Positions 17,939-27,147 of a stretch of DNA of 64,000 bases are shown here, in pieces. Position numbers and translations under genes: made by a program. Every line of letters starts with the position of its first letter. The first letter of the stretch is position 1. A model generated the notes under the pieces. The model searched no databases, was not told where the DNA came from, and worked only from the letters and a program-made list of their open reading frames with translations. This DNA is from an uncultured virus (IMG/VR IMGVR_UViG_3300009838_000017) (taxonomy: Duplodnaviria > Heunggongvirae > Uroviricota > Caudoviricetes), in the IMG/VR virus record IMGVR_UViG_3300009838_000017, positions 1-64,000 of that record. The stretch is one strand, 5' to 3'.

Positions 17939-18367
17939 ATGATGGCCTACATCGTTTGCCCCCGCTGCTCCGGAAAGGGTCTCCTCCCTCACTACAGCCA
18001 CGTTCAAGGCGGAATCTGCTTCCGCTGCGTTGGAGCGGGCATCGTCCGGGCCGAGATCAGCCTACATGTAAACGAGGTTCAGGTCGGCTCCGAGCGCATC
18101 CCGGTCGGCCCCTACTTCAAGATGACCCGCAAGGAGCTGATCGAGGTGGCCTTCAACATCTTCGAGATGGGTGACAAGTGCAACGAGGGTTACGCTCTCG
18201 CCACCCTGGCCCTCGTCCTTGGCCTGGCCGACAAGACCCTCCGTGACCGTGGCTACCTAGCCTTCGACAAGCGGTGCTCGGTCGAAGAGGACCGGCTCAC
18301 CCTTCGAGACCTCACCACTCAGGTCATTGCCCGGTGGGGTCGCTTCCGGAAGACCGAGTCGGTGTAG
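17939..18367 (+). CDS. Protein with DnaJ-type CxxCxGxG zinc finger
   Basis: CPRCSGKG...CFRCVGAG at the N-terminus. Confidence 0.7.
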   Translation: MMAYIVCPRCSGKGLLPHYSHVQGGICFRCVGAGIVRAEISLHVNEVQVGSERIPVGPYFKMTRKELIEVAFNIFEMGDKCNEGYALATLALVLGLADKTLRDRGYLAFDKRCSVEEDRLTLRDLTTQVIARWGRFRKTESV

Positions 18368-18376
18368 TCTCCCTCC

Positions 18377-18952
18377 ATGCAAGTTCCCCGGTCCCTCAAT
18401 CAACTCGCCCAGATAGCCAACAAGATCGCTCACGAGAAGGGCTGGTGGGAGAAGCCACGGTCCCGGTCTGCCATCACCCTTCTCATGCAATCCGAGGTTT
18501 CGGAAGTCATCGAGGAGCACCGGGAGCACCACGAACCAACCGAGATTTGGTACGAGAAGTCCTACTCAGAAGGGGGCATCAAGTACACAACCAAGGGTGA
18601 GAAGGGCGACAAGCCATGTGGAATCCCCATCGAGCTGGCTGACTTCGTGATCCGGGTGGCTGACTACGCCGAAGAGCAGAAGTACGACCTGGAGAGGTCT
18701 GTAGTCAAGCTCCCCATCATCTCCAATGCCGATGACATCGAGGAGTACCTGGCCCGTATGAACTGGGCCATCTCGATGGCCTGGAACGCTGACTCCCAGA
18801 CCGCCCTGTCAGAGGAGTTCTTCCTGGCTCTATCGGTCAAGTACGCCTTCGACCTGGCTCAGGGTTTCGAGATTGACCTCTGGGCTGCCATCGACGAGAA
18901 GACCGAATACAACAAGACCCGACCGCATCGCCATGGAAACAAGAGAATCTGA
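18377..18952 (+). CDS. MazG-like all-alpha NTP pyrophosphohydrolase
   Basis: SEVSEVIEE, PIELADFVIR and DLWAAIDEK..YN.TRP.RHG.K motifs. Confidence 0.8.
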   Translation: MQVPRSLNQLAQIANKIAHEKGWWEKPRSRSAITLLMQSEVSEVIEEHREHHEPTEIWYEKSYSEGGIKYTTKGEKGDKPCGIPIELADFVIRVADYAEEQKYDLERSVVKLPIISNADDIEEYLARMNWAISMAWNADSQTALSEEFFLALSVKYAFDLAQGFEIDLWAAIDEKTEYNKTRPHRHGNKRI

Positions 18953-19610
18953 GCCCCCCAAGCGGGATGACAAGGCGGAGTACGAAAAGCTCCGCCTCAC
19001 GGCTCCCTTCATCCTCGGGGCCGATGAGTGTGGCTACGGATCCTGGGCAGGTCCCTTGGTCACCTGTGCCGTCGCTGTCCCGAGGGACTGGAGACCCCCG
19101 AAGGACCTGAACGACTCGAAGAAGCTCCGCCCTGACAAGCGTGAGTACCTGTTCGAGATGCTTCGGTCCAAGGTGACGTATGCCGTCGAGATGGCTCACT
19201 CGGACGAGATTGACCGGGACGGGGTCATCGCTGCCCTCCACAGGTGCTTCCGTACTTGCATCGAAAAGGTCTTGGAGGTCAAGCCAGAGGCCCTGGTGGT
19301 CCTCGACGGGGAGGTCAAGCTCCCAGGGGTCAAGCACCTCCACTTCCCCAAGGCCGATGGGATCGTTCCAGCCGTCATGGCTGCTAGCGTCATCGGCAAG
19401 GTCCTCCACGACCGCTACATGTGGACCCTGGCCGAGAAGTACCCTGGTTATGGGCTGCACAAGTCATCTGGGTATGGTACCCCGGATCACCATGCTGCAA
19501 TCAAACGTCTTGGGCTCACACCTATCCACAGAAAAAGCTACATCCCCTCAGACAAGTCCGAAAGGTATGAAGAAGCGAGCGGCATCAGTATCGACACTGA
19601 CTCCGACTGA
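18933..19610 (+). CDS. rnhB: Ribonuclease HII
   Basis: GADECGYGSWAGPLV, LNDSKKL, VLDG, KAD, AASVIGKV, GYGT..H and HRKSY motifs. Confidence 0.92.
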   Translation: METRESEPPKRDDKAEYEKLRLTAPFILGADECGYGSWAGPLVTCAVAVPRDWRPPKDLNDSKKLRPDKREYLFEMLRSKVTYAVEMAHSDEIDRDGVIAALHRCFRTCIEKVLEVKPEALVVLDGEVKLPGVKHLHFPKADGIVPAVMAASVIGKVLHDRYMWTLAEKYPGYGLHKSSGYGTPDHHAAIKRLGLTPIHRKSYIPSDKSERYEEASGISIDTDSD

Positions 19611-19671
19611 CGCTTCTTACTTGGCTGGGCTGTTCAAGTCCTGGTTGACATTGAAGCGCCAATCGGCATAG
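19567..19671 (+). pseudogene. Possible LAGLIDADG homing-endonuclease N-terminal remnant (34 aa)
   Basis: MKKRAASVSTLTPTDASYLAGLF-KSW...; it breaks off where DGEG is expected. Confidence 0.4.
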
Positions 19672-19691
19672 GTCAGTGAGGGGAGGGCCAT

Positions 19692-20171
19692 CTACTCTCC
19701 CTCACGAGAAGCTGTCTTGATCGCCTCCAAGGAGAGGGTCCCAGTTGGACCCTCGATGATGTCCCCATCCAAGGGCCAGCCCTTCTGAATGGCAAGGCGA
19801 GCCACCTCACGCCCTCGGACGAAGGCGTCAGCAATGGCCTCTGAGACCCCCTTCGAGAGACCCGTAGCATCTCGAATCTTCTTGGAGATTCTCTCGACCT
19901 TGTGTTCCTTGGTTTCCTTCTGCTCGTACTTGAAGGATTCCTTGAATCTGGAGGCAACTCTCCTTGCCATCAGCACATCCTGGAAGTCCTGGAGTGGGTC
20001 TGAGGCAGACTTCCCCTTCAGGTACTCCGAGGGTGGTTTCTTGCAAGACTTCGAGCCTGGATTGACGTGCTTGCAGTAGATGCTCCAAGCCGTTGCCCAA
20101 GCCTGTTCCTCACTGTAGGAAGGGTTCTTGTCCTTTACTTCCTCGTAGTATTTGTCAACCGGAGTCGGCAT
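19692..20171 (-). CDS. Hypothetical protein with ChaB-like N-terminus and internal ARRVASRF motif
   Basis: EEQAWATAWSIY resembles ChaB; possible virion protein. Confidence 0.65.
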   Translation of the reverse strand: MPTPVDKYYEEVKDKNPSYSEEQAWATAWSIYCKHVNPGSKSCKKPPSEYLKGKSASDPLQDFQDVLMARRVASRFKESFKYEQKETKEHKVERISKKIRDATGLSKGVSEAIADAFVRGREVARLAIQKGWPLDGDIIEGPTGTLSLEAIKTASREGE

Positions 20172-20185
20172 GGAACTGCTCCTAC

Positions 20186-20863
20186 TCAGTGAAGCCGAAG
20201 GGACTTCTTGATGTAGGCCAGTTCTTCCTTTCCGAGAGGCTTGCCGTCCTTGCGCTCGATCCAGAGGTGATAGGTGGTGTTGTTCCCCGAGCTGTAGTCT
20301 TCCTCAGCCTGGGAGATGATCCAGTCACGCTTCCCGTCCGGGCTGCTGGAGGACCACTCAAGCCAGGACTTGTCATCCACCGCCTTGAGGACCTCTTCCA
20401 GGGTGTCGTAGGGCTCCGAGCCCTCCTCTTCCCACCCACGATCCTCAGCGTCACCCTCTTCGGCCGACTCCGGGGAGACAACCTCATAGGTCATCTTGTA
20501 GGTGTAGCCCTTCCAAGCCTTCTTGGCCTTCTCATCAAGGCCCTCAAGGTCATCGTCATCCAGGACCACGATGTTCGTGGCTGCTTCCTTGGAATTCCCC
20601 TCACCAAGGTAATCTGGGTTGGCATAGAAGTGCTCTTGGGTCACCTTGCCACGGGTGAGGATCTGGGTCTTGTGCGCCACCTCGGTCCCACGGTCCTTGT
20701 AGTAGGCATCCATGGTCCGCTTCGTGTGGGCATATTCAGGGGAAGGCCAACCAGCGTTGGCGAGCGCCTGCTGGAACTCCTTGAAGGTCACTTCCTTCAA
20801 CCCAGCAGTGCGGGTCGAGGCAGCGTAGCGGGACACTACGTTGGCGATGATCGAAAGGCTCAT
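20186..20863 (-). CDS. Acidic hypothetical protein with ANVVSRY leader
   Basis: 225 aa; AGGAG RBS. Confidence 0.75.
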   Translation of the reverse strand: MSLSIIANVVSRYAASTRTAGLKEVTFKEFQQALANAGWPSPEYAHTKRTMDAYYKDRGTEVAHKTQILTRGKVTQEHFYANPDYLGEGNSKEAATNIVVLDDDDLEGLDEKAKKAWKGYTYKMTYEVVSPESAEEGDAEDRGWEEEGSEPYDTLEEVLKAVDDKSWLEWSSSSPDGKRDWIISQAEEDYSSGNNTTYHLWIERKDGKPLGKEELAYIKKSLRLH

Positions 20864-20914
20864 GAGCTGGGTCTCCTACCACTAGGTCTCTATCAAAAGA
20901 TCCAGAGGTACTTC

Positions 20915-20942
20915 TACAACGACCCAGCTCAGAAAGTTTCAA
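20915..20942 (-). promoter_or_regulatory. TTGAAA-N15-CGTTGTA promoter element
   Basis: Conserved bipartite motif directly after the clpX stop. Confidence 0.65.
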
Positions 20943-20949
20943 CCGTCAA

Positions 20950-23277
20950 TCACGCCTCTGCTCGCTGCTCCCGAAGAGTGATAACCCCCTGCCCACCATT
21001 CACGGTGTCCTCAGTCACAAGGATCCGCTCGATAGTCTCGTTGCTGGGGGTGTCATAGGCAAAGGTCTTCAGGGTCTTCTCGACGATGCTCCGAAGTGCC
21101 CGTGCCCCAGTTGGGCGCTTCTTGGCTTCCCGAGCGATGGCCCTCAGAGCATCCTCCGTGAAGTCCAGGCAGACACCGTCCATCTGGAACAGGCTCTTCA
21201 CCTGCTTGATGATGCTGTTCCGGGGCTCGGTGAGAACCCGAATCATCTCATCCTCGGAAAGCTCGATGGTCGTGGTGATGACCGGGAGACGGCCCATCAT
21301 CTCGGGAATGATGCCGAACTCCATGATGTCGTCTTCGTTGGCAGCCAGGTAGGAGGCCGACAGGTCGAGCTTCTTCTTCTCTGTGTTGGCCCCAAACCCG
21401 AGACGAGCCGACCCCTTGTTCACCCTCTGGGCCACGATGGGTTCGATCCCAGCAAAGGAACCAGCACAGATGAACAGGATGTTGGTAGTGTCGATGGTGT
21501 CATATGCCATCATCATCCCAGCTTTTCCGCCACCACGGGGGACGTTGACCCTCGAACCTTCGAGGAGCTTGAGGAGGGACTGCTGGACCCCCTCTCCCGA
21601 CACGTCTCGGTACCCAGCCCTGTCCCGGCCAGAACCTCGGGCGATCTTGTCCACCTCATCGAGGAAGATGATCCCCCACTGTGCCCGCTCGATGTCGCCC
21701 CCAGCATCCAGGACGAGCCCCTGAAGAAGGGTCTCCACGTCATCCCCGACGTAGCCAGCCTGGGTCAGCCGGGTGGCGTCACCAACATGGAAGGGGACCT
21801 GAAGCATCCGAGCGATGGTCCTGGCAATGTGAGTCTTGCCCGTATTATGGGTCACAGTGAAGTCGTCAAGCAGGTAACGGTGGTCCCCATCGAGGACAAA
21901 CCCGAAGTATTCCTCCGGGGGTAGGTCACGGGTTTTGAACCCTGTCCGAAGCACATTCTTGATGGCTTTCCGAGCAAGGGCCTTCTTCCTCTCAACCTTG
22001 GTTGGAATCTCAGCCACGTCACCAGAAATGAACATCCGGTAGTAGATGCCCTCCACCCCAGTCTGGCACCCCTTCACACATGGCTGAGGATAGCAAGCAA
22101 AACCAAGGCTTCTAGCGATGAAGGCCAGGTCATCAACAAGCTCTTTGGACTTGTTGATGAAGTCGAAACCACACCCGTCCTCATCAAGGGATCCATCAGT
22201 GTCCAGGAGCCCCGCAAGGATTGCCAGTCGATCTGCTCTGGAGGATACCTTGTAGCAGTGAGGGATGAACTTGGACTCACCCGTCACTTCCAGAAGATCC
22301 AGACCCGCCAACCTCTGTGCAATAGGATTGCGAGAAGCCTCGTCTTGGAGACCACCTGGACCCTCTACCTTACACAGGGCATAGGAGGGGCACTTCTCCT
22401 CATTGTAGTCGTAGATAGAGACGACCAAACCGAAGTTGGCCGCCTGCCTACGAGTTTCCTCAAGGATTTCTGGGTCTTCGGTGGTGACTCGGGGAGTCAC
22501 ACCGAGTGACCCATCACCAAGCAAGACGCCCAGAAAGTATGGGTCCAGTGGTAGCTCCTCCTGTGCTTTGAACTCGACAGGTACACGAAACAGCTTGTGA
22601 ACTGACTTCTGAGTCCTTGACCAACCAAGCCAATCACGAAGGGGTACATCCTTGACCTCGTTTACAGGACGGTACCCAGAACCACCGTTGTAGCAAGTAC
22701 GAACCAGCGTCAGAATGTGCCCCCGGTTGACCACCCAGGGCTCACCCTTGAGGGGCACAATCTCAACCATTTCCTCCACCCCCCTATGAAGTTCCAGCAC
22801 ATTTCGAGGAGTGGAGTCAGGCCCCATGAGTTGGTCCCCAACTTGGACGTTCTCCACCGCTTTCAGGGTACCATCATACATCAAGACAAGCTGACCCTTA
22901 CGATGGCAACCCGATGGCCCAAGGAGCAAGATGTTGCTCTTCTCGATCTCGACCAGATCGATGCCATCCTCAGGCTTGGCGTCCCGGAGCTTCCGACGCT
23001 TGAAGTGGTTGTACACTGCGATTGCAATGTCCACCTTGGCCTGGTCTTGCCCGATCACGTACTGGTCTAGGTAGTCCCGGATCTCCCTCGGCTTGCGAAG
23101 GGGATCCTCTTTCTTCTGCTCGAAGCCACCCCTCTTTGCCCCAGCCTTGATTTCGTTGGCTGCCGTCTCCACACAACGGTTGCAAATGAAGGGGCCAGCC
23201 TCAGAGTCGGCAGCAATGATGTTCTTGACCTCGTTCCGAGGACGGCCACAGAACGAGCACTTGATCGGGCTAGGCAT
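20950..23277 (-). CDS. clpX: ClpX AAA+ unfoldase containing an intein (mature ~420 aa)
   Basis: CSFC..CNRC zinc domain, KSNILLLGPSG/TGKT, GYVGDDVE, FLDEVDKI, RDVSGEGVQQ, LGF loop and TGARALRSI. Confidence 0.93.
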   Translation of the reverse strand: MPSPIKCSFCGRPRNEVKNIIAADSEAGPFICNRCVETAANEIKAGAKRGGFEQKKEDPLRKPREIRDYLDQYVIGQDQAKVDIAIAVYNHFKRRKLRDAKPEDGIDLVEIEKSNILLLGPSGCHRKGQLVLMYDGTLKAVENVQVGDQLMGPDSTPRNVLELHRGVEEMVEIVPLKGEPWVVNRGHILTLVRTCYNGGSGYRPVNEVKDVPLRDWLGWSRTQKSVHKLFRVPVEFKAQEELPLDPYFLGVLLGDGSLGVTPRVTTEDPEILEETRRQAANFGLVVSIYDYNEEKCPSYALCKVEGPGGLQDEASRNPIAQRLAGLDLLEVTGESKFIPHCYKVSSRADRLAILAGLLDTDGSLDEDGCGFDFINKSKELVDDLAFIARSLGFACYPQPCVKGCQTGVEGIYYRMFISGDVAEIPTKVERKKALARKAIKNVLRTGFKTRDLPPEEYFGFVLDGDHRYLLDDFTVTHNTGKTHIARTIARMLQVPFHVGDATRLTQAGYVGDDVETLLQGLVLDAGGDIERAQWGIIFLDEVDKIARGSGRDRAGYRDVSGEGVQQSLLKLLEGSRVNVPRGGGKAGMMMAYDTIDTTNILFICAGSFAGIEPIVAQRVNKGSARLGFGANTEKKKLDLSASYLAANEDDIMEFGIIPEMMGRLPVITTTIELSEDEMIRVLTEPRNSIIKQVKSLFQMDGVCLDFTEDALRAIAREAKKRPTGARALRSIVEKTLKTFAYDTPSNETIERILVTEDTVNGGQGVITLREQRAEA
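21844..22908 (-). mobile_element. Intein with LAGLIDADG endonuclease (355 aa) in the ClpX Walker A
   Basis: Starts CHRKG and ends VTHN, +1 Thr; LGVLLGDG and LAGLLDTDG motifs. Confidence 0.93.
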
Positions 23278-23324
23278 GACCGATCATACACCGGAACGTC
23301 GAGAAACTAGAGGTCGATTCGACA

Positions 23325-24272
23325 CTACTTGCCGAGAAGCCGCTTCAGGTGGTCTGGCAGCTCCACCGGCTCAGTCTCGGGAACCTTTCCAGTGGTCATG
23401 TAATCCTCGAACTTGTCGAGGACCGCCTGGTCCCCTTGCCCGGTGATCCCGAAGTTGGTCAGGGCGAACAACTCAGCGAAGCTCTCCCCCTCGGTTCGGC
23501 TGTACCTGCTGGTCCACCACTCGGGTCGGTCGAAGTCTATGCCCGGCTTCCGCTTGTAGTCGTACCGGTGACCCAGCTCATGTACGATGATGTAGTCGAA
23601 GGCTCCGTAGGAACCACGGGTCCGCTTGAGGACAGCGGGGGTTGCCCTGACATAGAGGGTGTCCTCGCTCGACTTGTATTTCCCGCCCGAGGTGCCTCGG
23701 AAGTCGGAGGGTCCCGCCAGGGCAACCTTGAGTCCCCCGGCCAGGGCCTTCTTCCTCCAGCCCTTCAGCTCAGCGAAGACCTGTTCGAGGCTCTTGATGT
23801 AGGTGGTGAGCTGGTCTTCGGAGAACCCCGAGATGTTCAGGTAGGTGTTGGCCCCAACCTTCATCTCCTTGGGCACGACCTTCCCGCCCTCCTCGGAGAA
23901 GAGCTTGACTAGGGTACCCAACTCTTTCTGGATGTCCGACCAGGCTGCTTCGATGGTAGGGCGAAGCCGCTCCGGATCCTGCTGCTGACCGAGGCCGAAC
24001 TTCAGGAACCAGTGGAGCTTGTTCACCTGGTCCTTGAGCACCTTCCCGCCCTTGGGGGTCTTGGTCCCAAGGAAGTGGAAGTTGGCCTCCAGCCACTCAG
24101 CTACATCCTTGCCCTTCTTGGCCTCCAGGGTGCTCCCTAGAAGGTCGCCCATCATTCTCTGAAGCTGGTCAGCCAGACCAGCTACGAAGCGTCTGGCAAC
24201 CCGTGTAGCCATCCCAGGGGGTGGGTACCCTAGGATGTAGCGCTCAAGGACGGTGAGGGTGATCGGGTCCAT
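23325..24272 (-). CDS. Zincin-like metallopeptidase domain protein with ATRVARRF leader
   Basis: HELGH and ESFAELF; similar layout to 3919-5361. Confidence 0.75.
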   Translation of the reverse strand: MDPITLTVLERYILGYPPPGMATRVARRFVAGLADQLQRMMGDLLGSTLEAKKGKDVAEWLEANFHFLGTKTPKGGKVLKDQVNKLHWFLKFGLGQQQDPERLRPTIEAAWSDIQKELGTLVKLFSEEGGKVVPKEMKVGANTYLNISGFSEDQLTTYIKSLEQVFAELKGWRKKALAGGLKVALAGPSDFRGTSGGKYKSSEDTLYVRATPAVLKRTRGSYGAFDYIIVHELGHRYDYKRKPGIDFDRPEWWTSRYSRTEGESFAELFALTNFGITGQGDQAVLDKFEDYMTTGKVPETEPVELPDHLKRLLGK

Positions 24273-24532
24273 CAGAGAGGGAGCTTCCTCATCATCATGC
24301 GGAGCTGGTAGGACTCTTTCTGGGCCTTGATCACCACGTCCATGGCCTTCATCACCTGCTGGTAGTAAGGCTTCAGGGTGGCAGGGATCTCGTGCATGGC
24401 ATCCATGCCCAGCTTGAAGTTCACGAGGGCCTGGTATGCTTTGGTGAGGGCCTCATCCGCCTCAGCAGGCTTGCCAACCATCTGGTTGAAGTTCACACCG
24501 GCAGTCGTAGTACGGTCGTAGTCGTGGGGCAT
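24272..24532 (-). CDS. Small helical hypothetical protein
   Basis: ATG 24532 (MPHDYDRTTTAG) directly after the nitrilase stop. Confidence 0.65.
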   Translation of the reverse strand: MPHDYDRTTTAGVNFNQMVGKPAEADEALTKAYQALVNFKLGMDAMHEIPATLKPYYQQVMKAMDVVIKAQKESYQLRMMMRKLPL

Positions 24533-24533
24533 C

Positions 24534-25295
24534 TCAAACCTCTGCGTAGACGATGCAATCAGAACTCCAGACAAGACCCTCACACAGGACCTCGCCGCTC
24601 TTGGTGACGACACAGACTCCACCCTCCCCAAAGTCGTTCGGACCTTCCTGTCCGTAGCGATTGGAGACGATGAGGGTCGCCTTGTTGTCCTCAACGAAGT
24701 CCATCCAGGAGACCGCTGGGAAACCCCCGTCACCCCAGTTGGTCGAGAGGCAAACCACATCGGCATCCCCAGGGGAGTAGAAGTTCTTCCAGTTCTCGTC
24801 CTTCTTGTCCCGGATGTCCCGACAGATGAGCATCCCCACCCGGAGACCCCCAAGACCCTCAGCCGTGATGACTGGAGGATTGGTCTGCCCAGGGGTCGCC
24901 CAGATGTAGTCGTTGCCCCAGCGGTTCACCTTGTCATAGAACTCGAAGTACCCGCTTGGTTCGAGGTATACCTGGCTGTTGAACACCTTGCCGGTCCCAT
25001 AGTCCTTGCGGACCATGCCCCAAACCAAGTGGATGTCGTACTTGCTGGCTAGTGCCCACATGACGTTCATGGTGGAGGTAGGTCCACCCGAACCGGGCTT
25101 GAACTCCGTGATGACCTCAGCGTCAGCTTCCGCTTCCGCCTTGCTCATGTACGTGTAGCCTGTGGTCGCCAGCTCTGGGAGTACGATGAGTTTGGCCCCC
25201 GCCTCAGCCGCCTGAATGACCAGGGTGGCTAGGCGACGTAGATTCTCCGCCTTCTGGCGAAAAACTGGGGCAAACTGAATGGTTGCAACTTGCAT
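24534..25295 (-). CDS. Carbon-nitrogen hydrolase (nitrilase superfamily)
   Basis: Glu-Lys-Cys triad: LPELATTGY, YDK, MLICRD; NRYG.E..F. Confidence 0.9.
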   Translation of the reverse strand: MQVATIQFAPVFRQKAENLRRLATLVIQAAEAGAKLIVLPELATTGYTYMSKAEAEADAEVITEFKPGSGGPTSTMNVMWALASKYDIHLVWGMVRKDYGTGKVFNSQVYLEPSGYFEFYDKVNRWGNDYIWATPGQTNPPVITAEGLGGLRVGMLICRDIRDKKDENWKNFYSPGDADVVCLSTNWGDGGFPAVSWMDFVEDNKATLIVSNRYGQEGPNDFGEGGVCVVTKSGEVLCEGLVWSSDCIVYAEV

Positions 25296-25305
25296 TGAGT
25301 TGGCC

Positions 25306-27084
25306 TCAGCGGAAGGTAGACTTGGCCTTGGCGGTCAGCCTGGACTTGAGCTTCTCCCACATCGAGTTGGGGACTTCCTTCATCCGTCCCTTCATGGCGA
25401 TCTGCCGCTGGATGTTGCCCATACGAGCTGGGCTCAGCTTGCTCAGGCGACCAGCTTCCCAATCACTCAGGATGGAGGTGCAGAAGTCAAGCTCGAAGGT
25501 AGGGGACTTCGAGTTGGGGTTCGGGGTCGCCGTGTAGAGCTTGAACGCACGTTCCACATCGAAGTCGAGCTGGTCACTCATCAGCTCGAAGACCCTCTGG
25601 TTGTTGGTGCTCTTCACCAAGAGGGCAACGTCCTCAACCTCTTTCTGGACGATCTCCAGGGCCTTGGGGTCCCTGGCCCGGATGAGCTTCCCGAAGTCGA
25701 GGATGGAATCGTCACCCATCACATCCGGGTCGATGACCCCATCATCTCCTGCTCGGAGAATGGAGACCTTCACCCCAACCCGGTCCTTGATGGCACCCTC
25801 CAAGGCATAGGTCCCCTGGATGGCATCCACGATAACGTCAACGGCACCCTTGCCCTTGTTCACCGACTGAACGAACTCGATGATCTTGTAGGCGTTCCGT
25901 TGAACGACATTGTCCGAGCTGGCAAGATCCGGGGAGAAGCTGAAGTTGAGGATCTTCGCCACCACCGAGGCTTCGGACTGGATCTTCTCAATGAAGTCAG
26001 GGTCCTCAACTGCCGCCCTGACCTTCTCCAGTTGGGCATCGAAGGTCTTTCGGAGAGCATCAATCCCCTGAGTGATCATGAAGCTCAGGTGCTCATGGGG
26101 CTTGGTGATGGCAATCTCGTTCCGATAGTCGGAGAGGAGTTCTGCCTTCCCGGTATCGCACTTCTTTGCCACGATATCGACCAGCTTGTTCTTGGCAAGA
26201 CTGACCGAACCCCAGGCTCGGGAAAGGGTGTCCGAGGGGAGCCCACAGTCGAAGAGCCTGCTGATCGCAGAGAGAAGGATTTCCAGGTTGGCAGCCTTCT
26301 TCTCGGGGCTACGCTGGTTCATGATGGTGGTGGTGAGCACCCCGATGCCGAACCCAACGAACTTCTGCTTGGCCCGTGTCTTCTCCATGAAGGAGAGAAC
26401 CGGCTTGATGAGAGTCATGGCACTTCGGGCAGCCGCTATCGAGGCGTCCTTCACCTCAAGGTGATTTGCCACCAGGATGACGCTGTTGAGCGACTCCTGG
26501 TACTCCTTGATGTCGAAGTCGGTGGCCCCTCCTGAGACCACCGCAATCCGCCTACGGATCTGGTGCTCGATCTCGAAGACCTTGGTAGCAGCTTCCACCT
26601 GCTCGTCCGTGGCCTCACCCTTCTCCTTCTTCCGAAGGATGTTGAGCTGAGCGACCAAGAGCTTCCGGAGGGCTTCCGGAGATTCGTACCCACCGATCTC
26701 AAGGTAGTTGTGGACGCATTCGCACCCGACAACGAGCCGGGACCCGTTCATCCGGTTCTTGAGCGGGAAGCAGAACTTGATGGGGGTCTTGCCACAGAGC
26801 TGGCAGGACTCACGGGAGATGTATGGGAGCCCATCTCGCCCCCATTCCTTGATGGCTTCGTCGATGTCCTGGGAGGAGGACTCTTCGAGCAACTTTGCCC
26901 TGATCTTGGGCCAGTAGGGTCCGCTCCTGGGGTTTTTCTCCCGACGAATAGCTTCGTCGATGTCAGCCAGACCCTCCTCCAGTTCATCAGCCTCATCCAT
27001 AGCGGGGCTGATGAGGATGTCGTCTCCAAGAGAGGCGGTCAGAACACGGGCTCTCTTACCGGAAGCAGCTAGCAGTAGGAACAT
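25306..27084 (-). CDS. Large hypothetical protein with N-terminal zinc-binding motif
   Basis: CQLCGK...VGCECV; 592 aa. Confidence 0.75.
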   Translation of the reverse strand: MFLLLAASGKRARVLTASLGDDILISPAMDEADELEEGLADIDEAIRREKNPRSGPYWPKIRAKLLEESSSQDIDEAIKEWGRDGLPYISRESCQLCGKTPIKFCFPLKNRMNGSRLVVGCECVHNYLEIGGYESPEALRKLLVAQLNILRKKEKGEATDEQVEAATKVFEIEHQIRRRIAVVSGGATDFDIKEYQESLNSVILVANHLEVKDASIAAARSAMTLIKPVLSFMEKTRAKQKFVGFGIGVLTTTIMNQRSPEKKAANLEILLSAISRLFDCGLPSDTLSRAWGSVSLAKNKLVDIVAKKCDTGKAELLSDYRNEIAITKPHEHLSFMITQGIDALRKTFDAQLEKVRAAVEDPDFIEKIQSEASVVAKILNFSFSPDLASSDNVVQRNAYKIIEFVQSVNKGKGAVDVIVDAIQGTYALEGAIKDRVGVKVSILRAGDDGVIDPDVMGDDSILDFGKLIRARDPKALEIVQKEVEDVALLVKSTNNQRVFELMSDQLDFDVERAFKLYTATPNPNSKSPTFELDFCTSILSDWEAGRLSKLSPARMGNIQRQIAMKGRMKEVPNSMWEKLKSRLTAKAKSTFR

Positions 27085-27147
27085 GAGAAGGTCTCCCTTG
27101 GCACCGTCGTCAGATGGGTCACCAAGGCAAGGCTGATAGAAACCTTC

